Positions 47,281-56,727 are shown, counted from the first letter of the stretch. The stretch: 64,000 nucleotides of DNA from Candidatus Altiarchaeota archaeon (GCA_043800255.1 JAZDNF010000006.1:32001-96000), one strand, 5' to 3'. The notes: generated by a model not told the origin, from the sequence alone. Numbers and translations are program-made.

Positions 47281-47347
47281 ATAAATTAGTGCTGCATCTC
47301 GGCTTTTATATCCTCATTCTTAATGTTCTTTTGGGTGATAGGGGGCG

Positions 47348-47758
47348 GTGGCTACTATTCTGATTGTTGAAGACCATCCTGAGATGCAGAAACTCTATTA
47401 TAACATGCTCAGCTACGACTACAGCATACTCCAGGCTTACAATGTGAGAGAAGCTGAGGAGGCTCTCGAGAAGCATGATGTTGACCTGATAATATTGGAC
47501 ATGGTGCTGCCCGAGCAGGACGGGCACACGTTCCTCCTGGACATCAGGAAGAACGAAAAATACAGGAGAACGCCTGTGATAGTCTCAACCGTGCTGTCGA
47601 GGAAGAACCAGAGCGTCAGGATGTCCGAAAAAATCGGGAGAGCCATCTACTTCAAGAAGCCGTTCCACCCGTTCGAGTTCAAAACAGCAGTGGACTCTCA
47701 TCTTCAGCAGTCCACTAACAAGAAAGAGAACTTACTGAAGTACATCAACTCAGACTAG
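47348..47758 (+). CDS. stand-alone response regulator receiver
   Basis: ILIVEDH, DLIILDMVLP..DG, PVIVST, KKPF. Confidence 0.9.
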   Translation: MATILIVEDHPEMQKLYYNMLSYDYSILQAYNVREAEEALEKHDVDLIILDMVLPEQDGHTFLLDIRKNEKYRRTPVIVSTVLSRKNQSVRMSEKIGRAIYFKKPFHPFEFKTAVDSHLQQSTNKKENLLKYINSD

Positions 47759-49011
47759 GTTTTACGTTCCAGTGGTCTAAGGGCTTCCAATTCTTTTCTC
47801 AGGAAGAGCTGATAGGATTGAGCGCCACCTGTGGAAATCCACAGTCGGGACGTGTCCGGCGGAGTTTCACCTGTCATTTCAGTCTCAAGGAACTCTTTGA
47901 ATTTTTTTGTGGCCGTCGCCCCCAGTATAATCTTTTCTGCGTCAGTGTTTTCCGCTATCGCCTGCATTATGTGACGTGAACCGTGGCCGTATTCCTCATT
48001 CTCGATTATGCCTGGAATCCCGTACATGACAACCGTGCCGCTTTCTGCCAGAACCTTTGAGAACTCGGCCCTAGTCTTGTGGCCTATGTCCATTATTGCG
48101 CCGCCTTCCTCTATGGCGTCTGTCATAGTTACGAGCATGTTCTGTTTCTCCAGCTCGCTGAAAAATTTTTTCAGCTTTTGACTGCATTCTATCGGATATT
48201 CTATGCCATGGTGTTCGTTCAGATATTTTTGGCCGCCTAGCGTTCCCGCCACCAGTATTTTGTCCCCTCGTTCGGGTTTAAGCAACCCTCGGCCGAGGAG
48301 CAGGTTCACCATATTGATTTTTGAGTCGAACTCGTCACCGCCTAACAGTAAAGTCGCTGGTTTTTTTGCATCCTTTAGTTTTTCCATCTTACCCACCAGA
48401 TGGTCTATCTCACTTCTCAATAGAGTGCCAGCGACTGCTTTTTTTCCGGCCGCTTTCATAGTCTCTGCCAGCCCCTTCGTCAGGCCGTCGTCTCGGTTAG
48501 CCAAAAGCAGCGAATCCATGACGTAGACGTCTCCTATTTCCGGTAGAGTTGAAACTCCAAGTTCTACCTCCTGCCCTTTGCCTATTAGATTCAACATCAG
48601 AATCCCCTCACCCCCATCCATTAGCTCGCGTCTGACATTCGCCAGGGTTGTTTCATGGACTTTCACTCCAACAGCGTTTTCTAAACCAACTATAGCCTTC
48701 TCATGGTCTTCGCTGAGGATCGATTCCATATCACCTGTTCTCCTGTAGACTGACGTCAATGCTATGGCTTTCCCTCCGTTTTTGAGTATATGCTTGAAGG
48801 TCTCCGCAGTCCGCGGAAGCTTGTCTGATTGATGGTCAACTCTGACAATGACGATCCTTCCATCTAGCTCGTCTCTGCTCACATCCATTATGCTCTTCAG
48901 ACCCGAGTAATCGTGTTCCTCTCTCGCACGCCCCCCGCTACCCTTGATGTCAGGGAAAGGCCCGGAAAGCTTTGGATGAGGGCTGACCCGCCTCGTGAAC
49001 GGTTCCACCAA
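47755..49011 (-). CDS. divergent phosphoglycerate kinase-like protein (many catalytic residues lost)
   Basis: PGK motif order retained (VIVRVD, DVYVMD, DIGHKT, G.PG..E, ISTGG) but key motifs are degenerate; TTG start. Confidence 0.75.
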   Translation of the reverse strand: MVEPFTRRVSPHPKLSGPFPDIKGSGGRAREEHDYSGLKSIMDVSRDELDGRIVIVRVDHQSDKLPRTAETFKHILKNGGKAIALTSVYRRTGDMESILSEDHEKAIVGLENAVGVKVHETTLANVRRELMDGGEGILMLNLIGKGQEVELGVSTLPEIGDVYVMDSLLLANRDDGLTKGLAETMKAAGKKAVAGTLLRSEIDHLVGKMEKLKDAKKPATLLLGGDEFDSKINMVNLLLGRGLLKPERGDKILVAGTLGGQKYLNEHHGIEYPIECSQKLKKFFSELEKQNMLVTMTDAIEEGGAIMDIGHKTRAEFSKVLAESGTVVMYGIPGIIENEEYGHGSRHIMQAIAENTDAEKIILGATATKKFKEFLETEMTGETPPDTSRLWISTGGAQSYQLFLRKELEALRPLERKT

Positions 49012-49040
49012 TTATCATTAGGAGATTCAGCGGAGAAAAA

Positions 49041-49676
49041 TCAGAGAATAGCCTGTTTTTTCTTCTTTTTGACAGTCTTCAGCCTGAAGAAGTTCTCCCG
49101 TTCCATCTCCTGCAGGCGCATTTCGATGTACTTTTTGGTGTTCCCCAGGCGGGGGAGCAGGATATACTCCAATGCGTTTACCCTCCGCTTGGTCTTCCTT
49201 ATCTCGCTGGACAACCGTCTCACGGTCTCCTCCTTCTCAACGAGGGATGTTATCTGCCTCAGGGACTGGTTGAAGTCATCATATGCTTCATCAAGTTTTG
49301 GGGATGTCATGACTTGGTCGTAAGATCTGAGCCGCTCCCTCTCCTCAAAATTAACCTTAGGAATCTGGACTCCCATGATGTTCTCCATGGTGATCCTGAT
49401 GGGTGGCATCTCGGGAGAGGCTGCCGCAGCCTCCCCGACGTTGGACAGGCCTGAGAGCGCCTCAGCCCTGACAAGGTTGGGGTAGGCGTCTCCCATCGTC
49501 TTCACCAGGCCGCTTCTGGCATCTCTGGCGCTGGAGACTATCTCAAAGAACCTGAGGATGATGGCGTCCCGCTTTTCCTTCAGGAGCCGGTGGCCCTTCT
49601 CAGCCAGCTTTATCCTCTTCTTTATCCCCAACAGCTCCATCCGCGTCGGATGCACGCCCTCGATAATCTGCGACAT
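49041..49676 (-). CDS. atpD: A/V-type ATP synthase subunit D
   Basis: PTRMEL...GHRLLKEKRD, NIMGV, KTKRRVNALE, ERENFFRLK. Confidence 0.96.
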   Translation of the reverse strand: MSQIIEGVHPTRMELLGIKKRIKLAEKGHRLLKEKRDAIILRFFEIVSSARDARSGLVKTMGDAYPNLVRAEALSGLSNVGEAAAASPEMPPIRITMENIMGVQIPKVNFEERERLRSYDQVMTSPKLDEAYDDFNQSLRQITSLVEKEETVRRLSSEIRKTKRRVNALEYILLPRLGNTKKYIEMRLQEMERENFFRLKTVKKKKKQAIL

Positions 49677-49725
49677 CTTGGATGTTATTTAATTTGCCGG
49701 GATATTATTAATATCCGGTCTGAAA

Positions 49726-50817
49726 ATGTTTTCACGGTTGGGAGGATTCTCACAAATCAGGAGAAATCTAAGGCCCTCAAAACACCTGCAGAACAGCGTC
49801 CTAGAGTACGCCTACGTTAACGCGAGGGTTGGTGCGTTGAGAGGCTACCTCCTGAAGGCTGACGAACTATCGGCCCTGGAGGGCAGCAAGAGTCTAAGGG
49901 ACTATATAGCGCTGCTGGAGCACACCAGTTATAGGAGCGTCTTCAGCGAGCTGGCGTATGCAGACGTCAGGAGCGTTGACAACGCGCTTGTCAGGCATTT
50001 CCTGGAATTCACAGAACACCTTACCATGCTGTCGCCTGATCGTGTCAGACCCATCATAGCCTCGGCCTCGAAGAAGTATGAGATGGGCAACATCAAGGCT
50101 GTCTTGGCTTCGAAGGCCGCCGGTGAAATGCCGGAATCTGTGAGAGAGAGGCTCTATCCTGCCAATGAGAAGCTGACTATACGGCTTTTGGGGGCGAAAG
50201 ACGTTGACGAGGCTGCAATGCTCCTGGCATCGGAAGGTTTCTTCCTGGTTAGGGACAGGTTAGAGGCTTATAGGGATGATGGGAACATCCAGCCGCTGCT
50301 GGCTGCAGTGGACATCCACCACTTTATCAGACTATGGTCTGAAACTGAGAGACTCTCAGGGAAGGATGAGAGGATTGCGAAGGATATTATTGGAACCGAC
50401 ATTGACACCCTCAACCTGCTGAGCATCCTGAGGGCGAAACGCGGAGGATACGACGCCAAAGACTACATCATCCCGGTCGCGCACAGGATAAATCCGGTGC
50501 TCGCCCTGAAGATGACGGCAGAGTGTAAAACAGTGGGGGAAACCATCCAGGCTCTCGAGAAGAGCAGCTACCATAAGGTGCTGGAGAAGGGCCTCAGATA
50601 CTTTGAGGACAAGGATTCGCTGCAGCAGTTTGAAGTAGAGCTGAGAAGGCATTTGCTCAGACGATGCAGGGATGCTATGAGAGGCAGCCCCTCCAACATA
50701 GGCACGGTTTTAGGGTTCCACCGGGTCAAGGAGGCTGAGGTCGAGAACCTCCGGAGGATTGCCGTATGCGTTAGCGAGGAGCTTCCGAGGCACGAGCTGG
50801 CGCAGCTTCTCACCTGA
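49726..50817 (+). CDS. atpC: A/V-type ATP synthase subunit C
   Basis: YAYVNARV, YEMGNIKAVL, IDTLNL..ILR, EAEVENLRRI. Confidence 0.9.
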   Translation: MFSRLGGFSQIRRNLRPSKHLQNSVLEYAYVNARVGALRGYLLKADELSALEGSKSLRDYIALLEHTSYRSVFSELAYADVRSVDNALVRHFLEFTEHLTMLSPDRVRPIIASASKKYEMGNIKAVLASKAAGEMPESVRERLYPANEKLTIRLLGAKDVDEAAMLLASEGFFLVRDRLEAYRDDGNIQPLLAAVDIHHFIRLWSETERLSGKDERIAKDIIGTDIDTLNLLSILRAKRGGYDAKDYIIPVAHRINPVLALKMTAECKTVGETIQALEKSSYHKVLEKGLRYFEDKDSLQQFEVELRRHLLRRCRDAMRGSPSNIGTVLGFHRVKEAEVENLRRIAVCVSEELPRHELAQLLT

Positions 50818-50847
50818 CTTTTTATAATAGAAGATTAATTCCTTAAG

Positions 50848-51306
50848 ATGACAACCGCAAAGGACATAATGCACCATCCTGTAGTGTTCATAGAAGGCAA
50901 CAAGAGCGTGAGCGAGGCTGCGAAGCTGATGGCGGAGAAGGCCATAGGCTGCCTCATCGTGACAGGGGAGAGGGGCGTCTTTTTGCCTGTGAAGGAGCTG
51001 GGCATGGTAACCGAGAGGGACGTGCTGAAGAGGGTCGTCGCAAAGTCCATCCCCCCAGACAAGACGACTGTCAGCCAGATAACGTCGAAGCCGCTCATAG
51101 CGGTCGAGGCGGAGACCAACGTCGAGGACGTGTCAGAAATATTCGAGAAGAGGGATATCAGGCGGATTGCCGTGACCGAGGGTGAGATGGTGGTCGGCAT
51201 AGTGACGGTGAGGGACGTGGCGAACTCGCTGCGCTACTCGTTCATAAAAAGCCGCAAAGAGAAGGAGTACATCAGGCCTGGCTACGGAAGGCCGCCGATA
51301 AAGTAG
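50848..51306 (+). CDS. CBS-domain pair protein
   Basis: AKDIM...GMVTERD...VGIVTVRD. Confidence 0.9.
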   Translation: MTTAKDIMHHPVVFIEGNKSVSEAAKLMAEKAIGCLIVTGERGVFLPVKELGMVTERDVLKRVVAKSIPPDKTTVSQITSKPLIAVEAETNVEDVSEIFEKRDIRRIAVTEGEMVVGIVTVRDVANSLRYSFIKSRKEKEYIRPGYGRPPIK

Positions 51307-51308
51307 GA

Positions 51309-52304
51309 TCAGACAACCTCCCTTCTCCTGAAATTGCCAGACAACATCGCTCTCCTACTAAGTCTAAAATCCTCTCTTATGCTGTCCTCTGAGAGGCGCT
51401 CAGGCTTCACGAGCTCTGGGACCCTGACGCGGAAGACTTCAGGCTGCCAGCCTTCTCCAGTATTATGCCATCGTGTGACCAGGTCAAACCAGTCGCGCTG
51501 CAGATACTTGCCTATCCTGCCACTCCAGCCTTCCGCTGCGTTAACAAGTCTTTTCTCATCAGCCAGATAGTCCAATATGCCGGTATGGGTTGCGCCGTAT
51601 GCTATGTAGAGGGTCGGCTTCCGGCCCAATTCCGCGGCCAGCGGACCGACCAGCCGCCGTATTTTGAGTGCGTCGACAGCGTCCCTGCCGTCGCAGAATG
51701 GGCTGTTGCGGAGTATCCTGTCCTCCGCGACAGAGATACGGTTGGCGTCGTCGAAAGGAATCTCATGAGGGTCCACAAGCTTGGCTGTCTTTTCCTTCAG
51801 CTCCGACCTTGACATCACAGTGACTGCCGGAGCAGACGCCATATATGTGCCGTAGCCCAGGAGGCTTACTCCGGCGGCGAGGCCTGCAGACGATAATAGG
51901 AAGATTCTCCGGCTGTGCCTTCTCCTGCTTGCCTCCAACCCGGCCGCACCCAGGAGCGACACGCCTATCCCGCCGAGGATGTGCGAGCTTCCCTCCTCCC
52001 CGAACAGCGGGACGTTGCCCTCGAACTCGTCCCACATGCGCTGGTCATCGTAATCTCGAGTGGAAGGCGCGCCCACGAGCCAGACGTCCTTGCCATGCTT
52101 CTCAGCCACTTTAAAGAGCTGGTGGATTGTCCTGTTCTCAGGGTCTGAAGTCTGGCGGACATCATTCTGCTTCAGGTTGAGATAAGGCTCTGCGACAAAG
52201 ACGTCGAATCTCTCAGGGCCAGCCTCCAACGTGAAGTCACTGTCATGCTTCTCATGGTCGAGCAGGTAGACCGCCCTATCAGTCTCCAGCCGGGTGACTC
52301 CCAT
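51309..52304 (-). CDS. hypothetical membrane protein, possible TraB/ChaN-like fold with internal SRRxFL motif
   Basis: Hydrophobic hairpin around HSRRIFLL; DGRDAVDALKI...YIAYGATH resembles the R..A..I...G..H TraB/Tiki motif. Confidence 0.5.
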   Translation of the reverse strand: MGVTRLETDRAVYLLDHEKHDSDFTLEAGPERFDVFVAEPYLNLKQNDVRQTSDPENRTIHQLFKVAEKHGKDVWLVGAPSTRDYDDQRMWDEFEGNVPLFGEEGSSHILGGIGVSLLGAAGLEASRRRHSRRIFLLSSAGLAAGVSLLGYGTYMASAPAVTVMSRSELKEKTAKLVDPHEIPFDDANRISVAEDRILRNSPFCDGRDAVDALKIRRLVGPLAAELGRKPTLYIAYGATHTGILDYLADEKRLVNAAEGWSGRIGKYLQRDWFDLVTRWHNTGEGWQPEVFRVRVPELVKPERLSEDSIREDFRLSRRAMLSGNFRRREVV

Positions 52305-52334
52305 GATACTATTAGGGAAGTCCTAGGTGAAAAA

Positions 52335-52541
52335 TCAGGTTTCCGCGATTTTTTTAATCCTGAAAACGACCAGAAGAAACCCGACGGTCGCGCCAGCCAC
52401 CATGCCGATTGCGCCCCACATGCGGCCCACAAGGCTGCCAACAGCATACCCGAGAAAGAGGAAGAAGAGGACATAGAAGGAGAACTCCAGCCCCGACCCC
52501 AGTGTGCTGGTTAGCTGCCTCCTCACATCCTTCCTGGCCAT
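52335..52541 (-). CDS. AtpZ/AtpI (ATPase gene 1)-like small membrane protein
   Basis: 68 aa, two TMs, GLEF...LGY..G...W...G...G...GF pattern; directly after subunit K. Confidence 0.6.
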   Translation of the reverse strand: MARKDVRRQLTSTLGSGLEFSFYVLFFLFLGYAVGSLVGRMWGAIGMVAGATVGFLLVVFRIKKIAET

Positions 52542-52548
52542 GTCAGAA

Positions 52549-52767
52549 TCACTGGAACAGTATCAGCAATGCGACCACAAGCCCGTAGATTGCGATAGCC
52601 TCTGCCAAAGCTACGAACAACAGGACTTTGCCGCTTACTTCAGGCTTCTCGGCCACTGCTGCTGCGGCTGCAGAGCCTGTCGTCGCGATAGCGTGCGCAG
52701 CGGCGAGTGCTGGTATGCTAATCGCTATTGCCGCCGAGATTTCCTTTCCAATAATCCACTCCACCAT
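52549..52767 (-). CDS. atpK: A/V-type ATP synthase proteolipid subunit K (c), single hairpin
   Basis: AEKPE loop; FVALAEAIAIYGL with ion-binding Glu. Confidence 0.93.
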   Translation of the reverse strand: MVEWIIGKEISAAIAISIPALAAAHAIATTGSAAAAAVAEKPEVSGKVLLFVALAEAIAIYGLVVALLILFQ

Positions 52768-52779
52768 GCTATTATCACC

Positions 52780-54762
52780 TCAATCTTTGACAAAAGTGTA
52801 CTCCCGATTTATTCTAAATGGGTTGTACTCAAGCCCGCCGGCTTTATAGAACTTGGTAAACCACTCATAAAAATGCAACCTGAGGGTGTGGATGTAGACG
52901 ACAAGCCCCTCAAGCGCCAGTATGAGTAAGACTGTGCCTCCGATTAGGACAAGATAATACAATAGGAAGCCGACGTAGGCTATCTCATGCACCAAGTTTG
53001 ATATGACGAAAATTACTTCAGAGACCATCGCATGGATCAGCGCAAGGATGAGAATCCTGCTGTAGGATATCGTATTGGAGAGGAACATTATGATGGAATC
53101 CAGCGCCTCGAACATGCCGTTGCCTACCGCCCCAAGGGAGCTCCGGAAGGATGAGGTGTGCCTGAACTCGTGCAAGACCTCCTCAAAGACTATGAGGCCC
53201 ATTGGCAGGAGTATGCCGAACAAGCCTATGAGCGATGGTGACGTCCCGGCAGCCTTTTCGAAAACGGGTATCGGAAACCCGAAGAATTTCGTTATGAGAA
53301 GGCCTACCGTAAGGAACAGCATGAGCCGCCCTATTGAACCAAGAAGCGTGTTGCCCAATCCCCCAGCCCTCGCCCTGTTGGCTGCGTTAATCAGTAGGCC
53401 GAGTCCCATGTGGAGCACGCCTATGAAGAGCGCGAACCCGAAGAGTTCTAGGGTATGCCCCTCCTTCACATCATGGAAGGGGCTGAGCCAGTAGGCGTGC
53501 AGTATGTCCTCCCTTCCGAAGAGGCTGCCGTACATGAAGCCGAACAGTATGCTCGTCATCCCGCACGCCATCAGTATACGCCCGAAAGCCGGGTCGTCCT
53601 TTTTCTTCTTCAACAGGAAGAAACCTGCAAGCGCAATAATCGCGCCGTGGCCGATGTCGCCGAACATCATGCCAAAAATCAGAGGGAACGAGAATGCCAT
53701 GAACAGTGTCGGGTCTATCTCATTGTACATGGGCAGCCCGTAGGATTTGGTTATCGACTCGAAACTTTTAACAAGGGAGGGGTTGTCGAGCAGGACAGGG
53801 ACGTTCTCGTCCTTCTCAGGGTCGAACACTCTGACGCAGACGCTGCCTTTAGCAGCCCCCTCGATTGCTCCAAGGGTCGCCTTGAGCTTCTTCTCAGGCA
53901 CCCAGCCTTCGAAGGCGTGCACTCTCCCGCTTCCAGCCAACTTTGAGAAGCCGCGCGCCATCTCGCCCTCGACTTCTGCGATTTCCCTGTAGGCCAGCAA
54001 TCTTTTGCCGTGCCTCGCCCTGATTCCCGCAAGTTTTTTCTCACTCTCCTCCAGACTGCCTTCGACCTCCTCCAGCCGCTCTCTGACTTCGGCTGCTGAG
54101 GCACCTTCTGCTTGAAAGGCCTCGAAGCGCATGCTGCCCAGCAGGGCTTCGAGATCCTCTCCCCGTTCAGGCAGGACTGCAACAGCCATCGGTTTCCTCT
54201 TGCCAGCCTCTGATGAAAGTTCAAGAACATGCTCCGCGCCTAACCTTATACTCAGCTGGCGCTCCAGCTCAGGCACGTCTTCGGAGTCTATGAAACCTGA
54301 GACTGTATGCAGGAAATCCGACCTGCCGAGCCACGACTGCTGAATGCCAAGCGACTGAAGAGCCTCCAACCCTGCCTCCCTCCGCCTCAGGCTGACCCTC
54401 TCCTCCTGCAGGAGCTCTGTCTGCTCAGAGGCTGCGGAGACTTCAGACTCTATGCCCCCCAAGTTAGACTCTATGTCGTCTAAGTACTGTCTGGACTGTT
54501 TCCTCACGAGGCTTAGCTTCTCCGCCGATTCTGTTCCAGCAAGCTCGAGAACGTCCACAAGGTAGGTTATCCTCCTGAGAAGCTCACTGCATTTCTCCTG
54601 AAGACGCTCACCCCGGCCGTCGGAAAGCCCCAGCTCCTGAAGCAGTTCCCTGGCATTTACCAGATGAACTGTGCCGTAGGCGCTGAGTTCTCTGAGCACG
54701 TCCTCCGCGCAGTCGCTTAAAACGACACCCCTGATCTTTTTCATCCTGGCTGGAAGGAACAT
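52780..54762 (-). CDS. atpI: A/V-type ATP synthase subunit I (a)
   Basis: PARMKK, EGWVP, YNEIDPT, FGMMFGDIGHG, SNTISYSRI, HTLRLHFYEWF. Confidence 0.96.
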   Translation of the reverse strand: MFLPARMKKIRGVVLSDCAEDVLRELSAYGTVHLVNARELLQELGLSDGRGERLQEKCSELLRRITYLVDVLELAGTESAEKLSLVRKQSRQYLDDIESNLGGIESEVSAASEQTELLQEERVSLRRREAGLEALQSLGIQQSWLGRSDFLHTVSGFIDSEDVPELERQLSIRLGAEHVLELSSEAGKRKPMAVAVLPERGEDLEALLGSMRFEAFQAEGASAAEVRERLEEVEGSLEESEKKLAGIRARHGKRLLAYREIAEVEGEMARGFSKLAGSGRVHAFEGWVPEKKLKATLGAIEGAAKGSVCVRVFDPEKDENVPVLLDNPSLVKSFESITKSYGLPMYNEIDPTLFMAFSFPLIFGMMFGDIGHGAIIALAGFFLLKKKKDDPAFGRILMACGMTSILFGFMYGSLFGREDILHAYWLSPFHDVKEGHTLELFGFALFIGVLHMGLGLLINAANRARAGGLGNTLLGSIGRLMLFLTVGLLITKFFGFPIPVFEKAAGTSPSLIGLFGILLPMGLIVFEEVLHEFRHTSSFRSSLGAVGNGMFEALDSIIMFLSNTISYSRILILALIHAMVSEVIFVISNLVHEIAYVGFLLYYLVLIGGTVLLILALEGLVVYIHTLRLHFYEWFTKFYKAGGLEYNPFRINREYTFVKD

Positions 54763-54763
54763 C

Positions 54764-55051
54764 TTACTTCTTAAGGTCGAAACCTATCGCCTCCTTTATC
54801 ATCCTGTCCATGACAGCCTCGCCTCCCCCAAACCTGTCGGGAATCTCTATCACGATTCCGCCATCGGCCCTGATCTTGTCAACCTCCTTCTGCACGTGCC
54901 TAGCGAGGTTCTGCGTCAGCAGTATAACCCTGGCCTTGTCCTTAACGTCATTCAGTATTCTGGCGACGCTCTCCCCGTCAGCCTCGTACGCCTTCTTGAG
55001 GCCTGCCAGCCTCAGACCGGTTACCGTCAGCCGGTCGCCGATGAGGTGCAT
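54764..55051 (-). CDS. atpF: A/V-type ATP synthase subunit F
   Basis: MHLIGDRLTVTGLRLAG...IEIPD...IKEAIG; start moved to ATG 55051. Confidence 0.92.
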   Translation of the reverse strand: MHLIGDRLTVTGLRLAGLKKAYEADGESVARILNDVKDKARVILLTQNLARHVQKEVDKIRADGGIVIEIPDRFGGGEAVMDRMIKEAIGFDLKK

Positions 55052-55052
55052 G

Positions 55053-55343
55053 TTATCTCCCCCGTTGGGAGTCCCCCAGATGCCTTCTGTCTTTGAACGG
55101 CAGCTGTGTGCCGCCTGAGCCTTCAAGCTGCCTTGAGTTTCTCAGCTCCTTCAGCCTCTCTTTAACGGCTTCAGTCTTATTAGAGTCCTTCTCTTTCAAA
55201 GCCTCGTTGAACTTCTCGCAGGCTGAGAGGAACTCAGTGTCTTTTCCATATCTCTCCGAGAACTTCTTCATCTGCTTCCTGACCCTGTCAGGGTCATCCC
55301 ACTCCTCAAGTATGGAGTCTATTATGTAATGGCTTACCAGCAT
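55053..55343 (-). CDS. uncharacterised protein embedded in ATP synthase operon
   Basis: 96-aa helical, charged ORF with 1-nt spacers to atpB and atpF. Confidence 0.75.
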   Translation of the reverse strand: MLVSHYIIDSILEEWDDPDRVRKQMKKFSERYGKDTEFLSACEKFNEALKEKDSNKTEAVKERLKELRNSRQLEGSGGTQLPFKDRRHLGDSQRGR

Positions 55344-55344
55344 G

Positions 55345-56727
55345 CTAACCTCCTCTCTTCGGACGATACTTTTCTATCCACTTCGGGTTTATCCTCTTAA
55401 GCTCCCTCTCGGGGAGTATTGACAGCAGGTCCCAGCTTATATCAAGCGTCTCCTCTATCGTCCTGTTCTGCTCCCTCCCCTGGGCTATGAACTCCGCCTC
55501 ATACCTGTCAGAGAACTGCAGGTACTTTTTGTCCTTCTCTGTGAGCGCCTCCTCGCCGACGACGGCGACCAGGTCTCTGAGGTCGCGGCCTTCGGCGTAT
55601 GCCGCGTACAGCTGGTTGGAGACGTCCCGATGGTCTTCTCTCGTCCTGTCCTTCCCTATGCCCTGGTTCATCAGCCTTGAGAGCGACGGCAGGACGTCCA
55701 CTGGAGGATAGATTCCCTTCCTGTGCAATGCCCTGGAGAGCACGAACTGCCCCTCCGTGATGTAACCTGTGAGGTCTGGGATGGGATGCGTGATGTCGTC
55801 GTCAGGCATGGTGAGTATGGGAATCTGGGTGACGGTCCCCTTTCTGCCGCGGATTCTACCAGCCCTCTCGTAGCTCATCGCAAGGTCGGTGTACATGTAA
55901 CCTGGGTATCCTCTCCTCCCGGGAACCTCCTCCCTTGCTGCTGACATCTGCCTCAGCGCCTCACAGTAGTTTGTCATGTCGGTCAGTATCACCAGGACGT
56001 GCATGTTCTGCTCGTATGCCAGATATTCTGCTGTTGTCAGCGCCATCCTCGGCGTGATGATCCTCTCTATGGCAGGGTCGTCAGCGAGGTTCAAAAAGGA
56101 GACTATCCTCTCCAGCGCCCCCGTCCTCTCGAAGTCCCGCCTGAAGAACATGGCCTCGTTCTGAGTGATGCCCATGGCGGCGAAAACAACGGCGAACTCC
56201 TCCTCCTTGCCCAAAACCCTTGCCTGCCTTGCTATCTGGGCTGCGAGCTCGTTGTGCGGCAGACCTGCTCCGGAGAAGATGGGGAGCTTCTGCCCTCTTA
56301 CGAGAGTGTTCATGCAGTCTATCGACGATATGCCGGTCTGTATGAAATCCCTGGGGAACTCCCTGGCTGAGGGATTTATAGGGTACCCGTTGACGTCAAG
56401 CCTGTCCTCGGCCAACACCTCTCCAGCATGGTCTATGGGGCGGCCCGCCCCGTCGAAGACCCTGCCAAGAACCTCAGATGATACGGGAATTTTGAGTGTC
56501 TCGCCGAGGAACCTTACCTTGGTGTTCTTGGTGTCCAACCCTGACGTGCCCTCGAACACCTGGACTACGACAGCGTCTTCCATGGCGTCAAGCACCTGCC
56601 CCGTCTTCCTGTTGCCGAGGCTGTCCTCTATTTCAACCACTTCGCCGTATCTGATGCTCCTCGTCTTCTCGACGACGAGAAGAGGCCCTGATATTCCGGA
56701 TATCGTGCTGTATTCTATCCTGCTCAT
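55345..56727 (-). CDS. atpB: A/V-type ATP synthase subunit B
   Basis: [35 protein letters not shown]. Confidence 0.98.
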   Translation of the reverse strand: MSRIEYSTISGISGPLLVVEKTRSIRYGEVVEIEDSLGNRKTGQVLDAMEDAVVVQVFEGTSGLDTKNTKVRFLGETLKIPVSSEVLGRVFDGAGRPIDHAGEVLAEDRLDVNGYPINPSAREFPRDFIQTGISSIDCMNTLVRGQKLPIFSGAGLPHNELAAQIARQARVLGKEEEFAVVFAAMGITQNEAMFFRRDFERTGALERIVSFLNLADDPAIERIITPRMALTTAEYLAYEQNMHVLVILTDMTNYCEALRQMSAAREEVPGRRGYPGYMYTDLAMSYERAGRIRGRKGTVTQIPILTMPDDDITHPIPDLTGYITEGQFVLSRALHRKGIYPPVDVLPSLSRLMNQGIGKDRTREDHRDVSNQLYAAYAEGRDLRDLVAVVGEEALTEKDKKYLQFSDRYEAEFIAQGREQNRTIEETLDISWDLLSILPERELKRINPKWIEKYRPKRGG

